From: a virus
Lineage: Duplodnaviria > Caudoviricetes
Length of the DNA stretch: 28,501 nt
Direction: 5' to 3' (one strand)
Virus record (IMG/VR): IMGVR_UViG_3300005805_000349
Location: 1 to 28,501 of that record
The notes beneath the pieces were generated by a model that saw only the letters and a program-made list of their open reading frames with translations, made no database searches and was not told the origin of the DNA. Shown here one piece after another: positions 7,953 to 17,070 of this stretch. The first letter of the stretch is position 1. The number at the start of each line of letters is the position of its first letter. The position numbers were made by a program, and so were the translations under genes.

Positions 7953-9118
7953 AAATTCGAGAAATAGTCACGGAAAACATATTCACCTGTGACTATCACA
8001 AGGTCATGGATGCTGTGGCACATCTGTACCAAACACACTATGACATCAACATCTGGGAACGTGCAGATGCACACGACGAAGCTGCCAAGGTCTTGATGAA
8101 GCAGCATCCCACAGATGATGAGCTGGACTATATCATTGACTCTGCGGAACTGCCCGAGCGTTTTCTAGATTTAGACTTTCCTTTGAACGATGAAATCATG
8201 TACGGTGTCAGCACTGATCAAGATTCCAAGGTCAGCGAAGCCGTTGATGGTGTCGAGGGTGCAGAACAACGCATGCTGGACCGCATGGGCAAACGCTTTG
8301 GCCTACCCCCAGGCAGCACAGCTGATCAAGTACAGGCCGCACAACAGGCTCACCTAGACAAAAACGACCCTGCAGCAGCCGCACAGTACAAGAAGAAAAT
8401 GGACACCATTGATGCAGGTGGTTCAGCTGCTGACACAGCGCCTGTGAAACTGGCTCCCAAAGCCGCAACACCAGCTGCTCCCGGCGCTGCTGCTCCAGAA
8501 ACTGGCGCAGAGTTCAAGGCTCGAGCTGCCACTGCCAAGAGCCAAAATCAAAGCCCTATAGCCATCATGCTGGCCCAGCCCACCATAGGTAAGAATCAGG
8601 CCATGCTGGATGTCATAGCACCCACTGTGGGTCTGCCTGTGGGCTCCACTGCTGCGGATATACTGGCAGCTGACGATGCTAGAAATGCCAAAGCGGGCAA
8701 CAAATACGCCAAGCCTGCGGCTGCACCTGCTGCAGAAAGCATGGGCGGCGCCACAGATTCAAAAGGCCGTACACAACGAGAATGGATGCGTTTGGTCAAG
8801 GACAAATATCCAGATGCCAAGATACAACAGTCCAAGATGATAGATGGTCCTGTTCGTGCTGTGTTGGCCAACGGTCGAACATTGGGTTGGAACAAGGCTG
8901 AAACCATGGTAGATGAAGAACCAGCTAGCCGTGCTCTGTGTACATCAGGCAAGCCAGATTCAGCCCTGGGTGCCAGCCAATTAGCATCATGCAAAAGCCA
9001 GGGCTACCGCAGCCGTGATGGGGGCAAGACGCACAAGGTGGGTTCAGAACGCATAGCAATGAGGGGCAAAAAGATCAAGGGCAAGAAGTATGGTGGCCCT
9101 TTGCCTGACTGGTCATGA
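7949..9118 (+). CDS. hypothetical modular protein with Ala/Pro-rich linkers (possible virion protein)
   Basis: ATGA coupling; MKIREIVTE N-terminus; internal repeat FGLPPGSTA/VGLPVGSTA; basic C-terminal domain. Confidence 0.8.
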   Translation: MKIREIVTENIFTCDYHKVMDAVAHLYQTHYDINIWERADAHDEAAKVLMKQHPTDDELDYIIDSAELPERFLDLDFPLNDEIMYGVSTDQDSKVSEAVDGVEGAEQRMLDRMGKRFGLPPGSTADQVQAAQQAHLDKNDPAAAAQYKKKMDTIDAGGSAADTAPVKLAPKAATPAAPGAAAPETGAEFKARAATAKSQNQSPIAIMLAQPTIGKNQAMLDVIAPTVGLPVGSTAADILAADDARNAKAGNKYAKPAAAPAAESMGGATDSKGRTQREWMRLVKDKYPDAKIQQSKMIDGPVRAVLANGRTLGWNKAETMVDEEPASRALCTSGKPDSALGASQLASCKSQGYRSRDGGKTHKVGSERIAMRGKKIKGKKYGGPLPDWS

Positions 9119-9675
9119 TCTCTGTCAACGCCACTGATCTACTGATAGCACCTCCGGCCATGCCGGATACTAGATTCCGCCGGGCTGTGCTAATGTTGAC
9201 CCATGAACACGAAGCAGGGTCATTTGCTCTGTGTGTGAATAGGCCCACTACACATACCCTTAGAGATGTATTGGCCAACTCAGACATTGATGTCATCAAC
9301 CCTCCTGCCATACCTGTGTACTGGGGTGGCCCTGTGAGTCCTAACAGCTTATGGATGATACACAGCACAGATTGGGTCACGGACGACACAGCACTGATCA
9401 GTTCAGCCTGGGCCATGACGTCATCTGAAAGCATGTTCCACAGTATCGCGGATGGTGACACGCCCCGACATTTTCGCATAGTCATGGGCTACTGTTCATG
9501 GGCCCAGAGTCAACTGGATGCTGAGCTCAACGGGTCTGGACCCTGGCAAAAACAGCATAGTTGGTTGGTGGCCCAGAACCTAGGTCCAGAGTGGCTGCTA
9601 GATCAAGACTCGGATAATCTGTGGAGCTCGGCTACTACTCTGTGCTCGCACCAGGCTGTCGATAGTTGGCTTTGA
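9115..9675 (+). CDS. YqgE/AlgH (DUF179) family protein
   Basis: LLIA.P.M.D.RF.RAV, VNRP, GGPV, GY..W...QL..E..W motifs. Confidence 0.9.
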   Translation: MISVNATDLLIAPPAMPDTRFRRAVLMLTHEHEAGSFALCVNRPTTHTLRDVLANSDIDVINPPAIPVYWGGPVSPNSLWMIHSTDWVTDDTALISSAWAMTSSESMFHSIADGDTPRHFRIVMGYCSWAQSQLDAELNGSGPWQKQHSWLVAQNLGPEWLLDQDSDNLWSSATTLCSHQAVDSWL

Positions 9676-9913
9676 ATCTTTCTGCCAGGGTCTGGCAGTG
9701 TACACACATCTGAACCCCCGGCACTAATTCTCGTCTAGCCTGAGGAATAGACTCACCACACTCCTCACAGAATTCTGCGGAAGGCTGCTGACGCTGCAAG
9801 GCCAATTTGTGTTGCACCGCACTCACAGCGTTTTGATTGTTCAGCAGTGTTTGGATCTGGGCGATCTCTGCTTCTTCTTCATTGCCGGAGATCGGGGGTA
9901 AATTGTTCTGCAT
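9635..9913 (-). CDS. TraR/DksA C4-type zinc finger protein
   Basis: CEECGESIPQARR..VPG..MCVHCQ; short TraR-like length. Confidence 0.9.
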   Translation of the reverse strand: MQNNLPPISGNEEEAEIAQIQTLLNNQNAVSAVQHKLALQRQQPSAEFCEECGESIPQARRELVPGVQMCVHCQTLAERFKANYRQPGASTE

Positions 9914-10210
9914 TTAAATCCTTTTCAACATGATAAAAAAATCTCTGGTCTTGCGGGGTTGCCAGAATTTGCCCTCAGGACCACAATGATCTTCACGCAC
10001 GTCTTTGGTGTATCTGGACATGCGAGATTTGGCACAGCTTTCATAGTGGGCCTTGGTCTTCTTGACTCCTATAACAGGATCTACCTCTTTGAGTTCAGGC
10101 ACTGGGTTTCTGCGGCAGACCCAAGCATATGCGCTGGAACCCAGGGTCAACAGGTTGGTCAAGGGTCTATGACTGTGAGCACAGTCTCGGCACAGCACGA
10201 CGTCAGACAT
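9914..10210 (-). CDS. hypothetical Cys-rich protein
   Basis: CRDCAH...C...C..SR...CGPEGKFW; TAATG coupling to the ligase gene. Confidence 0.8.
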   Translation of the reverse strand: MSDVVLCRDCAHSHRPLTNLLTLGSSAYAWVCRRNPVPELKEVDPVIGVKKTKAHYESCAKSRMSRYTKDVREDHCGPEGKFWQPRKTRDFFIMLKRI

Positions 10211-11529
10211 TAGATCTTTTCTCCCATCTTGAACCCACGGAATCGCATGAATCTCGGAAATCTCAGACTATAAGTGCCGTCTTGATTCTGCGTCACTGCA
10301 TCAGCCCGAACTTCGATGACCTGCCCTAAGAGGCTGTCTCGGGCTTCCCAATATTCCTTGCGATCGCTGTCTGTGAAACCTGATCCTACGTTGACCTGAA
10401 TATCTTTGCCATCGTCTTGACCCTGACAGATCACTGCGCCCAAACGGCCTAGATTACGGCCTGTGCCTTCTTCTACTGCTGTGATTTCTAAACTAACTTC
10501 GATAAAAGGCTTTTGTTTCAACCAGGCCGTAGAGCGTTTTCCTTCCCACTTGCCGTTGGGATCTTTGATCATGATCCCTTCAAAGCCCTCCGTGACCATC
10601 TGCTTGTTGTAGTCACGGAATTCAATTTCATCAGTGAACACATCCAAATCAAACTCACGCTGTGTGATGATATCAATACAGCCAGAGTCTGCGAATATCT
10701 TAGAGAAGTTTTCACGCAAGAACGCACTGCGGCGACGTTGCCCCATAGCACTCTCACCCAGCTTGAACTCAGACAAAGGAATCACGTCAAACAGCATGAG
10801 GCGAGCATCCTGTGCCTGTGCGTTTTCCTTGCGATGTACTTCTTTCATCAAGGCCTGGAACGATGTAGATACCACTTCACCGTCGAAAACATAGCTGCGA
10901 GCGAAGTTATCTAGATTGTCTTCAAATGCCTTGACGATATGTGGAAAGTTTACCAGCTCTTTGCCGTTGCGGGTATACATCACAACTGTGCGGCTTTCAA
11001 AGTCAACCACAGTGACCACACGCACTCCGTCTAGTTTAGGTTCTACCAGTTTCTTGCCTGTGATCTTGCCTTCGTGATTGGCTCCGTCGTGCGCAAGCAT
11101 GACCTCGAACACGGGCACAGCGTACTGAGGTTTCTTCTGCTTCTTGGCCACAGAGTTCACTGACTTTTCACCAAACCCCGCTCGCATGTCTTTGATAAGG
11201 ATTCTGCGATACCAATCATTCCACTGCGCCTTAGTGGCCACATCCATGGCCAGTTTGACTGCGTCACGGGCTGCATGTCCTGTGAGCTCTCTGCGATACA
11301 GGGCTTCTGCCAATTCCACAAAGTTGGTCCACGACAGCCCTTGGCCATCCTGTTCACTGACAGGGACCTGCTTGATGCCAAATGTGTAGAGCTTGTCCAA
11401 GCCCATCTTAAGACCCTCGAAGAACTCATCAAGACCTTCGGTCATTGCTTCCGCTAGGATCTGTTCTTTGGCCAAACGGCTGTTGTCTGCTTCTAGGCGC
11501 TGTATGATTGTTTCAGGTTGTGTACGCAT
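10210..11529 (-). CDS. lig: ATP-dependent DNA ligase
   Basis: motif I EPKLDGVR, III FDGE, IIIa FD, IV EGIMIK, V WLKQK, VI SLRFPRF; SD AGGAG. Confidence 0.95.
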   Translation of the reverse strand: MRTQPETIIQRLEADNSRLAKEQILAEAMTEGLDEFFEGLKMGLDKLYTFGIKQVPVSEQDGQGLSWTNFVELAEALYRRELTGHAARDAVKLAMDVATKAQWNDWYRRILIKDMRAGFGEKSVNSVAKKQKKPQYAVPVFEVMLAHDGANHEGKITGKKLVEPKLDGVRVVTVVDFESRTVVMYTRNGKELVNFPHIVKAFEDNLDNFARSYVFDGEVVSTSFQALMKEVHRKENAQAQDARLMLFDVIPLSEFKLGESAMGQRRRSAFLRENFSKIFADSGCIDIITQREFDLDVFTDEIEFRDYNKQMVTEGFEGIMIKDPNGKWEGKRSTAWLKQKPFIEVSLEITAVEEGTGRNLGRLGAVICQGQDDGKDIQVNVGSGFTDSDRKEYWEARDSLLGQVIEVRADAVTQNQDGTYSLRFPRFMRFRGFKMGEKI

Positions 11530-11556
11530 TTTTGCTCCTAATTTCTAAGTGTATAT

Positions 11557-11585
11557 AGTATAGCATCAAATGCAGCGATTGTCAA
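11557..11585 (-). promoter_or_regulatory. sigma70 promoter for the ligase operon
   Basis: TTGACA-N17-TATACT with extended TG. Confidence 0.85.
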
Positions 11586-11596
11586 GAGTTTTCTAC

Positions 11597-11625
11597 TTGA
11601 CAATCCAAATTATAAATAGTATTAT
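11597..11625 (+). promoter_or_regulatory. divergent sigma70 promoter with an embedded T4-late-like TATAAATA
   Basis: TTGACA-N17-TATTAT; TATAAATA at 11611-11618. Confidence 0.75.
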
Positions 11626-11654
11626 GTATTTGTTCATACAATAAGGAGAACACT

Positions 11655-11720
11655 ATGGCTTATCGTGCAAAGACCCCAATGAAAGCAGCAGTTCGTCGAC
11701 AACTGCGTAAAAGGAAATAA
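11655..11720 (+). CDS. 21-aa basic peptide MAYRAKTPMKAAVRRQLRKRK (not in ORF track)
   Basis: strong SD TAAGGAG, upstream promoter. Confidence 0.7.
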   Translation: MAYRAKTPMKAAVRRQLRKRK

Positions 11721-11721
11721 T

Positions 11722-11799
11722 ATGGCAAGAAGAAAAGGATGGCGAGCAACCAAAAGTGTTGTAGCTAGAGCAGCAAGAAGAGCAATTAAACGTAGATAA
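11722..11799 (+). CDS. 25-aa basic peptide MARRKGWRATKSVVARAARRAIKRR (not in ORF track)
   Basis: starts 1 nt after the previous stop; SD AAGGA; followed directly by a terminator. Confidence 0.7.
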   Translation: MARRKGWRATKSVVARAARRAIKRR

Positions 11800-11800
11800 G

Positions 11801-11826
11801 AAAAAAGCACCCTAGGGTGCTTTTTC
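11801..11826. terminator. bidirectional intrinsic terminator
   Basis: AAAAAA-GCACCCTAGGGTGC-TTTTT between convergent genes. Confidence 0.85.
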
Positions 11827-11827
11827 T

Positions 11828-12403
11828 TTATTCAAACAACTTCTTAAATGTTTTTGCATTCCTAACAGCAGTTTCTATCTTTTTCATCGCACTGTTTGGA
11901 ATCCTAAAACGATATGACGAATAAGACTCAGTTACTTCAAAATGTCCCCATTCGTTGCCTTTGACATACGGAGGATGAAATCCGTTTAGTTCATTTTGGG
12001 CAATCTGTTTTCTGCCTTCTTCATACGCTCCTCTAATCTTGCTTTGAATAAATTCTTCTGTCAAATCGTATACTTCTGATGTAAGAACAACTTGCCCCTC
12101 ATCACTGTAGTGTATACGGTACTGTCGTTGAAACTTTTCAAAAATTAGACTTTGATCGTAGGGCGTTGAAATGATATCTCCAAAACGCATGGCTCCAACG
12201 GTATGTGGACTATTGGATTCCACTTTGCGAGTTTTCATTTCAACACCATACTCGGGCATGTCACAGCCCGCACCGTGTTCGATGTTGTGGCCGTTGTTTT
12301 CCATAACTATTTCTGCCCAACGTCCAACGTTGCCATGCTGTTGGCGCTCTGGAATTTCTGTACCAGGTTCAATGCCATTTTTAATTTTAGTTACTCTAAT
12401 CAT
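11828..12403 (-). CDS. PD-(D/E)xK restriction-endonuclease-like protein (MvaI/BcnI/MutH-like)
   Basis: GNVGRWAE helix followed by GCD-x6-EMKT. Confidence 0.6.
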   Translation of the reverse strand: MIRVTKIKNGIEPGTEIPERQQHGNVGRWAEIVMENNGHNIEHGAGCDMPEYGVEMKTRKVESNSPHTVGAMRFGDIISTPYDQSLIFEKFQRQYRIHYSDEGQVVLTSEVYDLTEEFIQSKIRGAYEEGRKQIAQNELNGFHPPYVKGNEWGHFEVTESYSSYRFRIPNSAMKKIETAVRNAKTFKKLFE

Positions 12404-12753
12404 TTTTCTTCCAATATTCCTTGTGTAAAATCGTAATCTTCTGCAACAACTTGAATACGATAGTGTCGGTTGTTTACTAGATCATCAACATATGATTTTA
12501 GATCGGACATGCTGATTCCGTCTTTTAACCATTCCGTTTTCCAATCGTCTACCATCCATATGTTGTCTACATATTGACGCTTAATTGTGCTTTCAACTGT
12601 TTTGGCATGTGTACTAAGGCCGCCGTAGATGTACGAGAACTTGACAATATCGCCGCTGTGGCTGGCATACTGTTGATTACGCTCTTTGTAGTCGGATGTG
12701 ATTCCGAACCCAGCGCGGCCTCTTAGACTAGTTATTAGATACAGATAATACAT
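12400..12753 (-). CDS. GIY-YIG/T5orf172-like nuclease domain protein
   Basis: YLYLI...GFGIT....R...Y, later conserved-type E (TVE) and TEW motifs. Confidence 0.55.
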   Translation of the reverse strand: MYYLYLITSLRGRAGFGITSDYKERNQQYASHSGDIVKFSYIYGGLSTHAKTVESTIKRQYVDNIWMVDDWKTEWLKDGISMSDLKSYVDDLVNNRHYRIQVVAEDYDFTQGILEEK

Positions 12754-13885
12754 TGTTGTCTGCTAGATTTAATATGTCATCATCAAAAAATTCAACTAGG
12801 TCGTCATGTGTATCTAAGATTGCCTTTGGTATCTTCTCTGCACCACCAAATTTTTTGTATAGTTGTAACAGTGCTTCGGCATAGATGTCGTCATTCCAAT
12901 CATCTTCATAACCAAATTTTGCGTCAGTGTACAGCCGCCACACTTTTTTACAACTCTCTGCAAATTGCGACAAGCTACCAAATAAATTTTGAATCAGTGC
13001 GGCCAATTCTTCTTCAAGCTGAGGAGTTACTTTGCACTTGGCAGGTTTAAATTTACGTACAAGATCTCTGTAGATGAAAAATAAGCTGACGTGAATACCT
13101 TCGTAATGAAAGTATTTGTTATGCCACGCACAAGACATGTCAATTTCGTCATCAGTGAGACCTTCAAAGGTAGAAATGTTAGTGAATGTTCCTGGATATT
13201 TTATAAAATCGCTGTTTAGTTCTACAGGAAAACACTCGTGCTTTTCCGCAATAGAAACCTTGCGCTCTTTGGCAACTTCGTCAGGATCAGAAGTTTCTTT
13301 ATCAATACGAACAATATAGACTGCATTGCGTAACTGCATGTATTGGCTTTGTTTCTTAGAACCTTTGCCGTTGAACACACCAAATGCACGACGAGCAAAT
13401 GCCAAACTATCAGTTTCAACATAGTAGAACGGAAATTTAAACTTTCGCCAATCTGTGACTCCAGGAACTAGCCCTGCATCGATCAATCCGGCTATTGTGC
13501 TAACAGTGTGCTGACTATTGATACTGATGTATTCACCTTTGGATGTTTTGATGCAAAGTGCGGGTTGCATTAACGCAGGGTCAAATACTTCAACAGGAGC
13601 GATTCGATTGGCACAGTGCTTCTCGTCTAGCTCACGTTGAACATCTTCAGCAATGTTCAACAATCCTAGTTCTTCTAAGATAAATTTAGGAATACGAGAA
13701 ACATCAACAGTTTTGCCTGCCTCGACCCAATTTTTTTTGGTTTTTTTCCAGGCTGCATTTTTATTAAGTTTATCTACCCGGTCTTGTAGATTAACGATTT
13801 TACCAGTCCCATTTTTCATAGGATTGATTTTAACCATGGGATTTGGTATGCGTCGTACAGCTTCGTACTTTAGTGTAAAGGCCAT
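12728..13885 (-). CDS. hypothetical protein with a ParB/DGQHR-like N-terminal region
   Basis: VQRELD..H...I...FDP....P.......Y..INSQHT pattern and a later F..FN. Confidence 0.6.
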   Translation of the reverse strand: MAFTLKYEAVRRIPNPMVKINPMKNGTGKIVNLQDRVDKLNKNAAWKKTKKNWVEAGKTVDVSRIPKFILEELGLLNIAEDVQRELDEKHCANRIAPVEVFDPALMQPALCIKTSKGEYISINSQHTVSTIAGLIDAGLVPGVTDWRKFKFPFYYVETDSLAFARRAFGVFNGKGSKKQSQYMQLRNAVYIVRIDKETSDPDEVAKERKVSIAEKHECFPVELNSDFIKYPGTFTNISTFEGLTDDEIDMSCAWHNKYFHYEGIHVSLFFIYRDLVRKFKPAKCKVTPQLEEELAALIQNLFGSLSQFAESCKKVWRLYTDAKFGYEDDWNDDIYAEALLQLYKKFGGAEKIPKAILDTHDDLVEFFDDDILNLADNNVLSVSNN

Positions 13886-13915
13886 TTAATTCTTTCTAAA
13901 ATGTAACATGCACAC

Positions 13916-13944
13916 AGTATAACAGGATCCGAAGATCCTGTCAA
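13916..13944 (-). promoter_or_regulatory. sigma70 promoter whose spacer forms a C(UUCG)G hairpin
   Basis: TTGACA-N17-TATACT; ACAGGATC-TTCG-GATCCTGT at 13922-13941. Confidence 0.8.
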
Positions 13945-13948
13945 CCAC

Positions 13949-14464
13949 TCAAACTCCTAAGTAGTCCGCCCAGCTGGCATGCGCCATGTGATATCCTCGA
14001 ACCCTGCGTTTGGCAACTAGATCCCAAAATGTAGGTTTGTAGGGAGCGATCTTAGGCTTCATCTTGCCTACGTGTGCTGCCTTCTTATAGTTACAGGTCT
14101 TGCAGGCCGTAGTGGAGTTCTCCCACGTGGTCTTGCCGCCCAAGCTCACAGGATGCACGTGATCCAAAGTGGCATTGGGTTCAGTGACACTGGTGCCACA
14201 GTATTGGCAGGTATAGGCATCACGCAGAAATATATTGCGTTTGCTCAACCTCATGGTGTGCTTGGGTTTTTGGTATTGGGTCAGCATGATCACCGCAGGA
14301 ACACGGGTTTCCCAACGAGCAGATCTCACGATCCAATCGTCATGCCATTCTAGGACTTTGACCTTGTCCAAAACCATGTACCGTATGGCTTCCTGCCAAT
14401 CTACAACTGATAGAGGCAAAAGGCTAACTGGTTGCATGTCTGCGTTTAATAAAAGGGTGCTCAT
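13949..14464 (-). CDS. HNH endonuclease (McrA-like)
   Basis: RD.YTCQYCG...TLDHV.P.S.GG...WEN...AC..CN..K. Confidence 0.92.
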   Translation of the reverse strand: MSTLLLNADMQPVSLLPLSVVDWQEAIRYMVLDKVKVLEWHDDWIVRSARWETRVPAVIMLTQYQKPKHTMRLSKRNIFLRDAYTCQYCGTSVTEPNATLDHVHPVSLGGKTTWENSTTACKTCNYKKAAHVGKMKPKIAPYKPTFWDLVAKRRVRGYHMAHASWADYLGV

Positions 14465-14530
14465 GATATATTTAACTGCGGGTTGATTACACGACTATTA
14501 TATGCTCAGATCACAGAGAAAACAAGCGCC

Positions 14531-14559
14531 TTGACAATAATTATTAAACACGTTATACT
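14531..14559 (+). promoter_or_regulatory. sigma70 promoter for clpP
   Basis: TTGACA-N17-TATACT. Confidence 0.8.
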
Positions 14560-14583
14560 TTTACTTTGCACAAAAGGAAATCT

Positions 14584-15171
14584 ATGTTAGTACCAATGGT
14601 AGTCGAATCCACATCAAAAGGCGAACGGGCCTATGATATCTTTAGCCGTTTGCTCAAAGAACGCATCATCATGCTGAACGGGCCTGTGGAAGATCATATG
14701 GCCAATCTAGTTGTGGCCCAATTGCTGTTCTTAGAAAGCGAAAACCCAGACAAGGACATTAATCTGTTTATCAACTCACCGGGCGGTGTGATCACAGCTG
14801 GAATGGCTATCTATGACACCATGCAGTTCATCCGTCCGGACGTGCAGACCTATGTGATGGGACAGGCCTGCTCAATGGGCAGTTTTCTAGCACAAGCCGG
14901 AGCCAAAGGTAAACGCTATATCCTACCCTATGCAAGGCATATGATCCATCAGCCTAGTGGTGGTGCTCGTGGCATGCAGAGTGACATTGAGATCCAGTAC
15001 AAAGAGATCACCAAGATGAAACATATCTTAACTGAACTCTATGTAAAACACAACACCGCTGGTAAAACCTATCAAGACTTTGAACGAGACATGGATCGTG
15101 ACACTTTCATGTCTGCAGAAGAAGCACTGGCCTATGGCCTAGTAGACAAAATAATCGAGAAACGACCATGA
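14584..15171 (+). CDS. clpP: ATP-dependent Clp protease proteolytic subunit
   Basis: [24 protein letters not shown]; catalytic S (QACSMG), H (MIHQP), D (DRD); SD AAGGA. Confidence 0.97.
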   Translation: MLVPMVVESTSKGERAYDIFSRLLKERIIMLNGPVEDHMANLVVAQLLFLESENPDKDINLFINSPGGVITAGMAIYDTMQFIRPDVQTYVMGQACSMGSFLAQAGAKGKRYILPYARHMIHQPSGGARGMQSDIEIQYKEITKMKHILTELYVKHNTAGKTYQDFERDMDRDTFMSAEEALAYGLVDKIIEKRP

Positions 15172-15554
15172 ACTTACAGACGTTAGGCAAGATAGACAAA
15201 GGCTGGGGCTATGAAATAGTCTGGGCCAACAATGACAAATATTCGGGCAAACTATTGGTGTTTGAACGAACAGGTGCCAAAACCAGTTTGGTGTTTCACA
15301 AAGACCGAGCCAAGAGTTGGTTTGTGAACGCTGGCAAGTTTAGAGTCAGCTACATTGATGTCAGCACAGGCGAACTTAAACAGAGTGAACTCAGTGAAGG
15401 ACAAACCGCAGATTTCGGACAGTTAGGTCCACATCAAGTAGAATCCCTGATGCCCAACAGCATCATATTTGAAGTTGGGACCGCAGACTTTATAGAAGAT
15501 AGATTTAGGCTGGCGCCGGGTGACACGCAAACGAAGTCTTCAGAGCCAAAATAA
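15168..15554 (+). CDS. cupin-fold protein (mannose-6-phosphate isomerase-like)
   Basis: KGWGYE, S..FH, G..H, FEV.T...ED..R..PGD; ATGA coupling with clpP. Confidence 0.75.
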   Translation: MNLQTLGKIDKGWGYEIVWANNDKYSGKLLVFERTGAKTSLVFHKDRAKSWFVNAGKFRVSYIDVSTGELKQSELSEGQTADFGQLGPHQVESLMPNSIIFEVGTADFIEDRFRLAPGDTQTKSSEPK

Positions 15555-16716
15555 GATCTTCTATCATACCATCGTCGTGGAACGGAGTTGGAGCGAATCT
15601 CAATCTCTCTGTGCCCACAGCCACTGTGGGATAGTTAATAGGCTGCACATAGATACTGTGCTCATTGAGTAGGTCATCGCTGATGGCCTTGCAGCGTTTG
15701 GCTTCCCCTACCAGTACCGGCACGATGTGTGTGGTTGCACATTCCATAACAGGAATACCGTTGGCTCGCAATCTGTGTTTGAGTTTACGGGCTCGTTCTT
15801 GATGCTTGTCTCTGATTTCGTTGTGGTCTTTCAAATACTTCACAGCTGCCAATGCGCCTGCGCAGGTCACAGGGCTCATTGACGTTGTGAATATGAACCC
15901 AGCGGCTACGCTGCGTATCGCATCTACGACATCTGCATCGGCAGCGATATAGCCACCTTGGACTCCATAGGCTTTCCCTAATGTACCATTGACTATGTCA
16001 ATACGGGATTCTAGCCCCAGCTCTTCAACCTTCCCACCACCGTGGGTTCCATAGAGTCCTACCGCATGTACTTCGTCGATATAAGTGATAGCACCGTACT
16101 TGTCCGCTAGGTCACATATTCCTCGTATGTCTCCAACATCGCCGTCCATGCTGTAGACTGATTCAAACACTATGCAGGGTGTTTGACCTGCGAGTTTTAC
16201 TGAACACAGTATGTCTTCGAGATGATTTAGATCATTGTGCCGAAACACAGTTTTAGGTGCTCGACTGTGTGACATACCTATGATTAGACTGTTGTGATTG
16301 TTGGCATCTGACACAAAATGTATGTCGGGTATGATTTTTGATAAAGCAATAAGAGTCCATTCATTGGCCACATAGGCCGATGAGAACAGCAGTGCCCGGG
16401 CCTTGTTGTGCAGCAGAGCCAGTTCATGTTCTAGGGCCACGTGATAGTGGCTGGTCCCACCTATGTTCCTAGTACCTCCGGATCCTGATCCTGTTTGATC
16501 CAGTGCTGTGTGCATGGCATCTAGCACTACCTTGTGCTGTCCCATACCCAGATAGTCGTTGGAGCACCAATTAACTATGGTCTTGATGTTGTAGGGTCCG
16601 TACCATATGGCTCTGGGGAAATCACCGCGCTCACGTATGATATCGTTGAAAACCCGGTATTTGCCCGAGTGTTTCATGTCTTTGATCAGCTGCTTGAAGG
16701 GTTCTTTGTTTATCAT
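15505..16716 (-). CDS. hemA: 5-aminolevulinate synthase (PLP-dependent)
   Basis: [73 protein letters not shown]. Confidence 0.95.
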   Translation of the reverse strand: MINKEPFKQLIKDMKHSGKYRVFNDIIRERGDFPRAIWYGPYNIKTIVNWCSNDYLGMGQHKVVLDAMHTALDQTGSGSGGTRNIGGTSHYHVALEHELALLHNKARALLFSSAYVANEWTLIALSKIIPDIHFVSDANNHNSLIIGMSHSRAPKTVFRHNDLNHLEDILCSVKLAGQTPCIVFESVYSMDGDVGDIRGICDLADKYGAITYIDEVHAVGLYGTHGGGKVEELGLESRIDIVNGTLGKAYGVQGGYIAADADVVDAIRSVAAGFIFTTSMSPVTCAGALAAVKYLKDHNEIRDKHQERARKLKHRLRANGIPVMECATTHIVPVLVGEAKRCKAISDDLLNEHSIYVQPINYPTVAVGTERLRFAPTPFHDDGMIEDLILALKTSFACHPAPA

Positions 16717-16752
16717 GCTTGTATTTAATAAATATCATATCGGAGAATATTA

Positions 16753-17070
16753 ATGAGAGTGCAAGAAATAATCCGTGGTATATTAGACATGATCGATCAT
16801 GCTGAAAAGTCAACTGATATAGCACAACCTGGTGAATCAATGCCCAACGACGAATTCTACAATGATGATGTCCGTAGATTCCGTCAGATCGTTGATCTAG
16901 CAGACAGCGGAGAAACCACTGAATATTCTAACACTCCTAGAGAAGAATATGCAGACATAGATGCAGTAACATCCAAAGCAGGTGGCGGAATGCAAGCACC
17001 TAAAGATCCTGCAGATATCAAAGGTGAACATCCTAGCCTATATCCAGGCCGAGTTCACGGAGTTAGATAA
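16753..17070 (+). CDS. hypothetical acidic protein
   Basis: SD GGAG; TAAATA at 16729-16734. Confidence 0.8.
   Translation: MRVQEIIRGILDMIDHAEKSTDIAQPGESMPNDEFYNDDVRRFRQIVDLADSGETTEYSNTPREEYADIDAVTSKAGGGMQAPKDPADIKGEHPSLYPGRVHGVR

Noticed and set aside
13949-14464. HNH gene as an intron- or intein-encoded homing endonuclease
   Set aside because: Free-standing with its own TAAATA box; flanking genes appear uninterrupted
15505-15554. Tail-to-tail overlap of cupin and hemA as antisense regulation
   Set aside because: Short convergent overlaps are common in compact phage genomes; no further evidence
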